DNA of 56,133 nt from an uncultured Dehalococcoidia bacterium. Its GTDB lineage: Bacteria > Chloroflexota > Dehalococcoidia > Lucifugimonadales > UBA3495. Below are positions 18,939-27,584 of this stretch, one piece after another (the stretch's first letter is position 1; every line of letters starts with the position of its first letter). Made by a program: the position numbers and the translations under genes. Location of the stretch: positions 1 to 56,133 of the forward strand of contig CATMOE010000019.1 in NCBI GenBank assembly GCA_950072105.1, given 5' to 3'. Below the pieces are notes generated by a model. That model did no database searches, had not been told where the DNA came from, and was given only the letters and a program-made list of their open reading frames with translations.

Positions 18939-20000
18939 CTAGTCGAGTTGCCGTAGCCTGGGGTCGAAGCGGTCCCTCATCCAGTCTCCCAAGAAGTTAA
19001 GGGACATCACGACCAAGAAGATTCCAATACCCGGGAAGAAGGCGATCCACCAAGCACTGCCCAGGTACTCCCGTCCGTCGGCTACCATGGCGCCCCAAGC
19101 GGGCTTGGGTGGTTGGACGCCCGCGCCCAGGAAGCTTAGGATCGCTTCGATCAATATCAATTGCCCCACCCGCAGGGTAGCGATCACCAACACCGTGTTG
19201 AGTACACCTGGGAAGATGTGCACGAATAGAATGCGGAATGAACTGGCTCCTGAAATCCTGGCCAAGGCTACGTAATCCGAAGTCTTCAACGTGAGGACCT
19301 CGGCCCTCACGTTACGTGGGAAGGCGTTCCAGGCCACGAAGGCCAGCAAGCCCAACAAAACGATGAAGCTCTTCCCGAAGACGATTACTATGACCAGCGC
19401 CACTAATATAACGGGTACCGCGAAGGTAATCTCCACCACCCGCATGATAGCTTCGTCCAGATGCTTGCCATACTTTGGGAAGATCTGGTCCGCATATCCG
19501 GCGATGAGTCCCATCGCAACACCAATGACCACCCCACTGGTGAGGGAAACCGCGGTGACCATCAGCGACACCCTGGCCCCGAATATCACTCGGCTCAGAA
19601 CATCGCGTCCCGTTTGGTCGGTGCCAAATAGATGCTTAAAGCTGCCGGCCGGCGTTGTAATGACCGATATAACGTCGCCCACGGCCGCATCTTCTTTGAT
19701 CTTACGGGCATTCCTCAGGGAAATATTGAGCCGGTCTTCCTCGCTCAGTTTATCTACCGTTTGTTTCACGGTCCTCAGCTCAGTTTCCACTGGAACCCAG
19801 AAGGGAGGAGTATTCCGAGCCTTTAGATCTACCCTCAATGGGTCAAAGGGAGCAAAGAGCGGCGCGGCCACGCCCACAATCACCAAGATGATGAGTATCG
19901 CGATGGGAGCGACAGGCCAGCGCCGGAGCACATAGCGAATGGTTTGCCATGACGGGACCCTAACCCGCGGGCGGCTTAAGGTTGTAGTTACTTCAGCCAT
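18939..20000 (-). CDS. Opp/Dpp-type ABC permease (OppC-like) with an approximately 49-aa loop insertion
   Basis: HLFGTDQTGRDV, EAA-type YVALARISGAS and EAILSFLG.G motifs. Confidence 0.93.
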   Translation of the reverse strand: MAEVTTTLSRPRVRVPSWQTIRYVLRRWPVAPIAILIILVIVGVAAPLFAPFDPLRVDLKARNTPPFWVPVETELRTVKQTVDKLSEEDRLNISLRNARKIKEDAAVGDVISVITTPAGSFKHLFGTDQTGRDVLSRVIFGARVSLMVTAVSLTSGVVIGVAMGLIAGYADQIFPKYGKHLDEAIMRVVEITFAVPVILVALVIVIVFGKSFIVLLGLLAFVAWNAFPRNVRAEVLTLKTSDYVALARISGASSFRILFVHIFPGVLNTVLVIATLRVGQLILIEAILSFLGAGVQPPKPAWGAMVADGREYLGSAWWIAFFPGIGIFLVVMSLNFLGDWMRDRFDPRLRQLD

Positions 20001-20006
20001 AATCTC

Positions 20007-20942
20007 CTAGCTAAACCGAATCCGGGGATCCACATAGGCGTAGAGTATGTCGGTGAACAGATTAACTAAGAGAAACATGAAGGTGAACAGGAGCATCAGC
20101 CCCACGATCAGGGGAAAGTCGTTGTCGTCCACCGCGGTAAATGCCAGCCTGCCTAGCCCCGGCCAAGAGAAAACCGTCTCCGTCACGATGGCGCCGGTGA
20201 TAAAGCCCGCCAGGACCAAAGAGGAAAAGGTCAGGGGCGCGATTATCGCGTTGCGGAAGGCGTGCTTCCACAGGACCACCGTGGCGTTCACGCCCTTGGC
20301 GCGAGCCAGCTTGATGTACTCCGAGTCCATTACGTCCAGCATGGCCGACCGGGTAAGGCGGAGGTAACCGGCGGCAGAAAACCAGCCCAGAGTGATGGCC
20401 GGCATGATGAAGTGTTTGAAGCTAAATTCGTCCGGCATTGTGCCCACGGGCAACCAACGCAACTGCACTGCAAAGATGAGGATCCCCATAATCCCGACCC
20501 AGAAAACCGGCAGGGTTTGCCCCAAAAGGGCCACTCCTCGTCCCAAATAGTCCCAGATGCTGCCCCGCTTGACGGCCGACAGGACCCCGAGAGGTATCCC
20601 CACCGCAGTCGCGAATATCCAACCGAAAAATGCCAACTGCAGGGTAGGGCCTAAGGCATCGTACAAGATCTCCGACACGGGCTTCCGGTCCAGCATGGAG
20701 TCGCCAAGGTCGAACTGGACCGCGTCCCGCAGCCAATACAGATACTGAACCGCCACCGGTTTATCCAGATGCAGTTTTACGCCCAGGGCGTCCCACGCTT
20801 CTGGGCTCAGTCCATACCCGCCTTCCTGCACATAAAGAAGCCTGGGGTCTCCCACCACCCTGGACAGGGAGAACACCAACAGCGTGGCCACCAACATAGT
20901 TAGCATCATGTAGGCGACTCGGCGAATGATAAAACGAGACAT
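20007..20942 (-). CDS. Opp/Dpp-type ABC permease (OppB-like)
   Basis: LDKP...QY, EYIKLARAKG and ETVFSWPGLG motifs. Confidence 0.95.
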   Translation of the reverse strand: MSRFIIRRVAYMMLTMLVATLLVFSLSRVVGDPRLLYVQEGGYGLSPEAWDALGVKLHLDKPVAVQYLYWLRDAVQFDLGDSMLDRKPVSEILYDALGPTLQLAFFGWIFATAVGIPLGVLSAVKRGSIWDYLGRGVALLGQTLPVFWVGIMGILIFAVQLRWLPVGTMPDEFSFKHFIMPAITLGWFSAAGYLRLTRSAMLDVMDSEYIKLARAKGVNATVVLWKHAFRNAIIAPLTFSSLVLAGFITGAIVTETVFSWPGLGRLAFTAVDDNDFPLIVGLMLLFTFMFLLVNLFTDILYAYVDPRIRFS

Positions 20943-21135
20943 TGAAGATACTCCACGTCCAACCAGCGAACACTACACTTGTAAATGCGCGCCGGACCGC
21001 ACTTTCTACTCAGCCAGACTCTTCTGGTCAAAGAGTAGGATGGGCCCCGGCATGGGCCCAGAGTCGACGTGCCAAAAAGTTACCACATAAATACGGCCCA
21101 CCGCAACCCGGCCGGCCGCACCACTGAAGATACTA

Positions 21136-21175
21136 AGAGCCAGCCTGCACCGTGGTCACGGTTCAGGCTGGCTCT
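21136..21175 (-). terminator. Hairpin after the SBP gene (partial terminator or mRNA stabiliser)
   Basis: agagccagcctg-caccgtggtcacggtt-caggctggctct. Confidence 0.6.
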
Positions 21176-21191
21176 CATGTTGCGTTGTTCT

Positions 21192-23027
21192 TTACTTAAG
21201 AACTACGGTTTCGAAGCTGTTCGCCCCGCTCAGGTTTCCGTTCATGCTTGGGTGCATGTTCCATTCGGAAATCAACTTGGGGTCGTACATCGGGTGGTAG
21301 GGATTCTCGATCACGCAGGGTTGCAGCATCATGTCCCAGACATGGTCGAAGTACTCTTCGGTCATCGCCATGCGCTTGACTGCGTCCGGCTCTTTGTTCA
21401 TCTTGAAGAAGTGCTGGGAGTAGAAGGGGTCCTCGAATCCGGGGCCCCAGCCGCCATCGGTGATGGCGCTACCCTGCATGCCCTTGGGCCAATGCACCGG
21501 GAATCCGGTCTTTCCTTCGTCACCAGCGGAGAAGAAGAAGGTATCGGTGGTGCGCTGAACCAATCCGGGGCGGTACTTGGTGTAGGTGATGCGGTCCAGG
21601 TTGGTCGTGACACCTAGCTCCTGGAGCCACACGCCTGCGATAGCTTCACCTAGCTCGACCCGCAGGCCGCCCGGTCCGATCCACATGTCCACGTTGAAGC
21701 CGCCACCTTCGTAGCCGGCCTCTTTCAGGAGCTGCCTGGCTCCCTCAGGGTCAAATGGAATCGCCCACTTTTCCTTCCAACCTTCCTGGTTGACGGAGAT
21801 CTGGTTCAGGTAGCAGGTGTCTCCCAGACCCTCCATGATGCTCTCGTTGATGCCTTCCCGGTCAATGGACATCGCCAGAGCATGGCGTACCTTGCGGGCG
21901 TTCTCCATGGACACGGGGTCGTCATAGAAACCGATCCAGGGCTTATCGATCCTGGGGCGTTCCAGCTTGGTGCCTTTTTGCGGGTGTACGGTGGACCAGT
22001 AGTTGCCGGCGATGAATAAGGCAAGCTCCTGGCCGTAACCATTGTCCCGGTTAAGCTTGAAGCCATCTTTCTGTAGCCGCACTACGTCCTTAAAGGCCAG
22101 CTCTCCAGCTATCTGGGCCGCGCCGGTTTCCAGCATAGCCGTCCGGGCAGATGTCTCGGGGATGTCTCGGAGGATTAACTCTTTAACCGAAGCGGTTTTT
22201 CTCCAGTGCTCCGGAAGGGCCTCGGCCGTAATGATCTCGCTCTTCCGCCATTCGACGAACTTGAAGGGGCCGGTCCCGATATAAACTGTTCGCATCCCCT
22301 CCTCGCCCAACTTATCGAAGACCTTCTTGGAGACTATCGCTGCGCTCTGGTAGAAGGGGCCGATGTAGCGCAGGGGCATCGCCGAATACATCACTGTGAA
22401 GTTCATCCGGACGTTGAGGGGGTCTATCGCCTCGACTAGCGCAATGAAGGGGGCGAAGTCGCCGGCTTGGCCGTGAATGCTGTCTGGATTTTGGTCGGCA
22501 TTGGCGTTGTTGTAGCTGAACGCAACGTCCTCGGCCGTCAACGAGCTCCCGTCGTGGAATTTGACGTCATCCCGGAGCTTGAAGTCCATGTAGGCCAGGT
22601 CGTCAGCGATCGTCCAGGACTCGGCCAACATAGGGGTGTTCACGGGATCGATCGGTCCGCCGGGGCCAGCTTTCACCCCGGTGAGGGTCTCCATGATACC
22701 GGAAAGATAGATGGTCTCGGCGCAGCCTGCGGTGCAAAACTTGGGGATCCCGGCGCCGCTACGTAATGCTCGGGTGGCCACTGTCAGTGTTCCTGACTGT
22801 TTCGCCTTGGCCGCGGCCGGAGCCTTGGTAGCCACCGGCTGTGCGGCCGGTGCCGAGGTGGCGGCCGGTGCCGAGGTGGCCACCGGGGCTTTAGTTGCGA
22901 CCTGCGCAGCGCCAGCGTTCCCTTTGAATTCAGCATCTGGCGCAGCAGATCCACCGCAGGCGACCAGCGCCCCTAGGGCGAAAAATAGTCCCGTTAGTAA
23001 AAGAAACCCGACCCGGTTTCGTGCCAT
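21192..23027 (-). CDS. ABC solute-binding lipoprotein, family 5
   Basis: LVAC lipobox, Ala/Pro/Thr linker, LAESW, FKLRDDVKFHDG, GTGPFKF and VRHALAMSIDR motifs. Confidence 0.93.
   Translation of the reverse strand: MARNRVGFLLLTGLFFALGALVACGGSAAPDAEFKGNAGAAQVATKAPVATSAPAATSAPAAQPVATKAPAAAKAKQSGTLTVATRALRSGAGIPKFCTAGCAETIYLSGIMETLTGVKAGPGGPIDPVNTPMLAESWTIADDLAYMDFKLRDDVKFHDGSSLTAEDVAFSYNNANADQNPDSIHGQAGDFAPFIALVEAIDPLNVRMNFTVMYSAMPLRYIGPFYQSAAIVSKKVFDKLGEEGMRTVYIGTGPFKFVEWRKSEIITAEALPEHWRKTASVKELILRDIPETSARTAMLETGAAQIAGELAFKDVVRLQKDGFKLNRDNGYGQELALFIAGNYWSTVHPQKGTKLERPRIDKPWIGFYDDPVSMENARKVRHALAMSIDREGINESIMEGLGDTCYLNQISVNQEGWKEKWAIPFDPEGARQLLKEAGYEGGGFNVDMWIGPGGLRVELGEAIAGVWLQELGVTTNLDRITYTKYRPGLVQRTTDTFFFSAGDEGKTGFPVHWPKGMQGSAITDGGWGPGFEDPFYSQHFFKMNKEPDAVKRMAMTEEYFDHVWDMMLQPCVIENPYHPMYDPKLISEWNMHPSMNGNLSGANSFETVVLK
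22843..22880. repeat. 18-nt tandem repeat in the SBP linker (ATSAPA x2)
   Basis: gcggccggtgccgaggtg occurs twice in tandem. Confidence 0.7.
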
Positions 23028-23109
23028 CTCCGTTCCTCCTAGTTCAAATAATCAACTACGTTTGACAACTTACGACCGCTCAGCCAGGTCCCTAGCTGAG
23101 CCAGCCACC

Positions 23110-23138
23110 ATTTAATATGCCAGAGAGGAATTTGTCAA
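23110..23138 (-). promoter_or_regulatory. Probable promoter of the ABC operon
   Basis: Minus strand TTGACA followed 15-17 nt later by AT-rich TATTAAAT. Confidence 0.45.
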
Positions 23139-23361
23139 TGGCGGCATCGGTTCGTTTCACCGGTCTGACGGTGGGCCGATATTTGGATTTGGGACCTGAT
23201 GCTTAATACGCCTCATATTCCGGATCGGATGTCTTGTCATCTCGATCCTGCTGTGCTACAAGGGAGGATATGTTAAACAATGATATGCATAAAGTGGGTA
23301 CCGGGCAAGGCCAACGCCGCCGGCCAAGTTCCACCAACCTACGCCAGAGGGCTGTTTAGCC

Positions 23362-23790
23362 ATGGGACCAGTGATCACCGTCGTCCTCAGGGCCGCCTTC
23401 GGACTGGTGGTGGCGACGGGTCTGGCGTTCGTCGGTTTTTTCGCCGGCTGGTTCTCGGCCCCTTCCGGTTCAAACCTGCCCGCGTCCTACCTCATAGTTG
23501 GAGCGGGACTGGGAGCCGCCATCGGAGGACTGATAGGCTGGTTCAAACCCGAGTCACCACGATTCGTGAAATGGTCAACGCTTGGATTGGTTTTGATTGG
23601 CGGTCTGGCGGGGGCATGGATTGGCTGGCAATTGGGGCCGATCATTTACCCCGAAGGACTGTACCGGCCCGGGGGATCCATATACAACGCTCCTCCTTAT
23701 TATGTGGCCCTACTGGGCGCCGGCATCGGGGCCAACGTTCTTGCGATGATGTTTTACTCTTTCAGGCTGTGGCGGTACCGGGAGGTTTAA
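23362..23790 (+). CDS. Hypothetical Gly-rich membrane protein (about 4 TM)
   Basis: GxxxG-rich hydrophobic segments; GAGGGG RBS. Confidence 0.8.
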   Translation: MGPVITVVLRAAFGLVVATGLAFVGFFAGWFSAPSGSNLPASYLIVGAGLGAAIGGLIGWFKPESPRFVKWSTLGLVLIGGLAGAWIGWQLGPIIYPEGLYRPGGSIYNAPPYYVALLGAGIGANVLAMMFYSFRLWRYREV

Positions 23791-23842
23791 CCGGGAATGC
23801 CCCATCTCCGCTTTTTCCGGCTTTGGATTCAGTCCACTTGAC

Positions 23843-24080
23843 CTACGACTTCAGCTCCGCCAGATATTCATCCTCCAGTATTCGAAATAGCTCGATCCTA
23901 GATTTCCCCTCCACTTCCCGTCTGCCGAAAGATCGCCACGTTATGTCTTCCCAATGGTATACTCTCCGAGTCAGTCCAAACCTGTATCATAGGTATTCCC
24001 ATAGCTTCGGAACAAGGGGTTTTACCAGTCGGCTGCGGGAGCAACATTTGAAGAACTGGAAGAACCGTCTGTAAAGAGAC
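23843..24080 (-). pseudogene. Possible C-terminal remnant of an unknown gene
   Basis: LYRRFFQFFKCCSRSRLVKPLVPKLWEYL*YRFGLTRRVYHWEDITWRSFGRREVEGKSRIELFRILEDEYLAELKS* reads as protein-like through one TGA. Confidence 0.35.
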
Positions 24081-24116
24081 CATTGGCTTAAGTAAACACC
24101 ATCGGGGAGGAGAACA

Positions 24117-25763
24117 GTGCGAACTGTAGACGCGATCGCTGAGATTCTGAAACGGGAAGGGGTTGAATACCTTAGTTGTTTTCCCACTACTCCAATGATT
24201 GAAGCCGCGGCGCAAGCGGGCATCCGTCCCATCATCTGCCGCCAGGAGCGAGTGGGGGTTGGCATCGCCGACGGTTTTAGCCGCGTGACCAACGGCGAGC
24301 GCATGGGCGTTTTCGCCATGCAGTACGGGCCGGGCGCCGAAAACGCCTACGCAGGGGTAGCGACCTCATACTCGGACTCGACTCCGGTTCTGTTCTTGCC
24401 CCTAGGTCACCCCACAGAACGACAAGGTATTCTTCCTCACTTCGACTCAATGCGGAACTACGACGGCGTTAACAAGTACATCGAGCAGATTAATCTACCC
24501 CACCGGACCTCCCAAGTGATGCGACGCGCCTTCGCCGCTCTCCGCCAAGGCAGGCCGGGGCCGGTAATGGTGGAGATACCCGCCGATATCGCTTTGCAGG
24601 ACGTTTCAGAGGAAGACTTCTTCTACCAGCCCAGCAAACCGGTGCTGGCTCAAGGGAATCCCCAAGACGTGGAAGCGGCAGCACAGGCCTTGTGCCAAGC
24701 CAGGTACCCGGTGATTCATGCCGGACAAGGAGTGTTGTACGCCGGCGCCACGGACCAGCTTGTGGAATTGGCGGAGTTGCTCCAAGTTCCGGTAATGACC
24801 ACCTTATTGGGTAAGAGCGGCTTCCCAGAGGTGCATCCATTGGCTCTGGGAAGCGGGTCTGGAGTGATGTCCGGCCCGCTGTACCATTTCATGGGCCGGG
24901 CGGACTTGGTCTTCGGCATCGGTTGCAGTTTCACCAAGCACGGCATGTCCATGAACATACCGCCGGGCAAGAAGATGATTCAAGCCACCAACGATCCACG
25001 GGACATCAACAAGGACTACAACATCGACTTCCCTATCGTAGGCGACGCCAAATTGGTCCTGGGACAGATGATCGAGGCCTGCCGGGAGATCGTGGGCCGC
25101 AGCCGGGAAACCGGCGATTCGGTAACTAACGAGATCAAGTCGGAAAGGGACGCCTGGTTGAACGAGTGGCGCCCCAAGCTGTCCAACGCTCAAACGCCCA
25201 TCAATCCCTACAGAATCATCTGGGATTTCATGCAAGCTGTACCGCCGGAAGAGGCCATCGTCACCCACGACTCCGGCAGCCCCCGGGACCAGATCACGCC
25301 ATTCTACCGGTCCAACGGCCCCCGGACGTATCTGGGATGGGGCAAGTCCCACGGCCTGGGAACCGGGTTGGGACTGACCATCGGCGCCAAGCTGGCCCAG
25401 CCCGATAAGGTATGCATCAACTTCATGGGAGACGCCGCTTTCGGCATGGTCGGCCTGGACTTCGAGACTGCGGTCCGGTCGAATATACCAATCATCACGG
25501 TGGTGCTGAACAATTCAACCATGGCCGTGGAGACCACGGCCATGGCAGACTCCCACCGGCTGTACAACACCAGGGACCTGGGAGGCGACTACGCGGACAT
25601 GGGCCGAGCTATGGGAGGCTATGCCGAGCGTATCGAAGACCCGGCACACATAATCCAGGCTTTCCAGCGGGCCCGCCGGGTGACGGAAGACGAAGGCAAG
25701 GCGGTGTTGTTGGAGTTCATCACCAGCGCCGAAACTGAGAAGTCCCACGGGAGAGCATTCTAG
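24117..25763 (+). CDS. ThDP-dependent enzyme, acetolactate synthase large-subunit superfamily (probably catabolic)
   Basis: RQERVG (catalytic Glu), QYGPG, GRPGPV, GDAAFGM...VLNN. No ilvH small subunit nearby. Confidence 0.9.
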   Translation: MRTVDAIAEILKREGVEYLSCFPTTPMIEAAAQAGIRPIICRQERVGVGIADGFSRVTNGERMGVFAMQYGPGAENAYAGVATSYSDSTPVLFLPLGHPTERQGILPHFDSMRNYDGVNKYIEQINLPHRTSQVMRRAFAALRQGRPGPVMVEIPADIALQDVSEEDFFYQPSKPVLAQGNPQDVEAAAQALCQARYPVIHAGQGVLYAGATDQLVELAELLQVPVMTTLLGKSGFPEVHPLALGSGSGVMSGPLYHFMGRADLVFGIGCSFTKHGMSMNIPPGKKMIQATNDPRDINKDYNIDFPIVGDAKLVLGQMIEACREIVGRSRETGDSVTNEIKSERDAWLNEWRPKLSNAQTPINPYRIIWDFMQAVPPEEAIVTHDSGSPRDQITPFYRSNGPRTYLGWGKSHGLGTGLGLTIGAKLAQPDKVCINFMGDAAFGMVGLDFETAVRSNIPIITVVLNNSTMAVETTAMADSHRLYNTRDLGGDYADMGRAMGGYAERIEDPAHIIQAFQRARRVTEDEGKAVLLEFITSAETEKSHGRAF

Positions 25764-25872
25764 AGCTGTCAGCCGTCAGCGTTCAGCCGTCAGCAACCAA
25801 GAACCCGGCTCAGGCCCCTGCAAATAATTCGAACCGAGGGGTGATGGGTCTGATAGCTGAAGGCTGATAGCT
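25764..25872. repeat. Heptamer-armed inverted repeat (AGCyrTC)n...(GCTGAyA)n
   Basis: agctgtc agccgtc agcgttc agccgtc agc ... ctgatagctgaaggctgatagct. Confidence 0.75.
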
Positions 25873-25891
25873 AATTCAAAGGAGCGAAATT

Positions 25892-26254
25892 ATGGCGCAA
25901 AAGTCCAAATATCTATTCATTGCCAGCATGGACGTCGAGGCTGCACAGGAGTCCTTGTTCCACGACGTGTACAACACCGAACATTGCCCGATGCTGTCTC
26001 AAGTCCCTGGGGTTGTATCGATAGCCCGGTTTGAGACCCAAACTCTGACCATGTCCATGGGCGGCGAAACCCGGACCATCGTGGCTGAGAACGAACCCAA
26101 GTTCCAAGCAATGTACGAGTTGGAAAGTCCTGAAGTGCTCACCAGTGAGGCCTGGGCAGACGCCGTGGAACGCGGACGATGGCCGGAACACGTTAGGCCT
26201 TATACCAAAAACCGCCGCCACGTACTTTTGAAGCTCACATACCCCGAGTCCTGA
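25892..26254 (+). CDS. EthD/DUF4286-like dimeric alpha-beta barrel protein
   Basis: FHDVYNTEHCPMLSQVPGVVSIARF...KFQAMYELESPEVLTSEAW. Confidence 0.8.
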   Translation: MAQKSKYLFIASMDVEAAQESLFHDVYNTEHCPMLSQVPGVVSIARFETQTLTMSMGGETRTIVAENEPKFQAMYELESPEVLTSEAWADAVERGRWPEHVRPYTKNRRHVLLKLTYPES

Positions 26255-26384
26255 CTCCACCCCAAACCAAAGGTCCTCCGGTTTTGAGATTCAACCGGAA
26301 GTATTCCCACGCATAGGGGCATCTTTCGGTGGAAGGATGCCCCTACCGTTCGCCAAAACCTAGCCGATAGGGGGTATTACAGGT

Positions 26385-27584
26385 ATGCCCGAAAAAGCCT
26401 TGGAAGGGGTAAAGGTCCTGGACCTCACCCATCACATCGCCGGACCTTGGTGCACCAAGTTGCTGGCCGACTACGGGGCCGACGTTCTCAAAGTGGAGAG
26501 GCCCGAGGGTGACCCGGCCCGGGGTATGCCGCCCTTCTACCACGACGAGATAGACCAGGACAAGAGCCTGCTGTTTCTTTACCTGAATACCTGCAAACGT
26601 GGCATAACATTAAACCTGAAGACTCTCCAGGGCCGGCGGATGTTCCGGGAATTGCTCCAGGACGTTGACTTGCTGGTGGAAAATTTTTCGCCCCGGGTCA
26701 TGGCTTCCTTGGACCTGGGTTATGAGTCTCTCCATGAACTGAACCCCAGTTTGGTCATGGTGTCCATCTCCAACTTCGGCCAGACCGGACCATACCGGGA
26801 CTACCGGGCAACCGATATCGTGGAATACGCCATCGGCGGGTTGATGTATATCTTCGGCAACTACGACCGGGAGCCTTTGAAGCACGCTTTGCACCAGGCT
26901 CAGTTCAAGGGAGGCACCGACGCCGCCTCGGCTGCCCTGATGGCCTTATACCATCAACGGCTCACCGGCCTGGGCCAGCACGTAGACGTCTCCATTCAAG
27001 AAGCTATGGCCTCGGGACTGCGCGACGTGGTGGACAACTACACCTACACCGGAGCCATACGGCGCCGTCAACCGAACCACAGCGGCGACCTCACCCGGTT
27101 GAGAGCCACCTCAGACGGTTACATACTGCCCAATCCGGGCATCGGCGCCAGGGACAACTGGCAAGCCACTGTCGAGTTCCTGGAAGTTCCCGAGTTGGAC
27201 GATGAGAGATTCAGCAGTCCCTCGGCCCGGCTGGCCAACGCCGAGGAATTGGGCCGGATCCTTGATGATACCTTCCGGACCAAAAACAAGTCCGACATGT
27301 TCTTCGCCGCCCACGAAAAGCGGTTCATATATGGGATGGTCCAATCGCCGGAAGAAGTGCTGGCCGACCCCCAATTCGCCGCCCGGGGGTATTTCGTGGA
27401 CATTGAACATCCGGCTACCGGCACGGTGAAGTACCCCGGCCCGCCATTCCTGATGTCCGGAACACCATGGGGACCGGGAAAACCGGCGCCATTATTGGGG
27501 CAGGACAACCAGGAGGTTTTCGGAGAGCGTTTGGGCTATACCAACGACGAGATGTCCCGGCTGCGGGCTATCGGGGTGATATGA
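26385..27584 (+). CDS. Family III (CaiB/BaiF) CoA-transferase subunit lacking the catalytic Asp
   Basis: LEGVKVLDL..AGP, GADVLKVE, ENFSP and SISNFGQTGP motifs; the Asp position reads AQFKGG. Confidence 0.92.
   Translation: MPEKALEGVKVLDLTHHIAGPWCTKLLADYGADVLKVERPEGDPARGMPPFYHDEIDQDKSLLFLYLNTCKRGITLNLKTLQGRRMFRELLQDVDLLVENFSPRVMASLDLGYESLHELNPSLVMVSISNFGQTGPYRDYRATDIVEYAIGGLMYIFGNYDREPLKHALHQAQFKGGTDAASAALMALYHQRLTGLGQHVDVSIQEAMASGLRDVVDNYTYTGAIRRRQPNHSGDLTRLRATSDGYILPNPGIGARDNWQATVEFLEVPELDDERFSSPSARLANAEELGRILDDTFRTKNKSDMFFAAHEKRFIYGMVQSPEEVLADPQFAARGYFVDIEHPATGTVKYPGPPFLMSGTPWGPGKPAPLLGQDNQEVFGERLGYTNDEMSRLRAIGVI

Noticed and set aside
24117..25763. Calling this gene ilvB because leuCD is nearby
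   Set aside because: There is no regulatory subunit or ilvC, and its context is catabolic.
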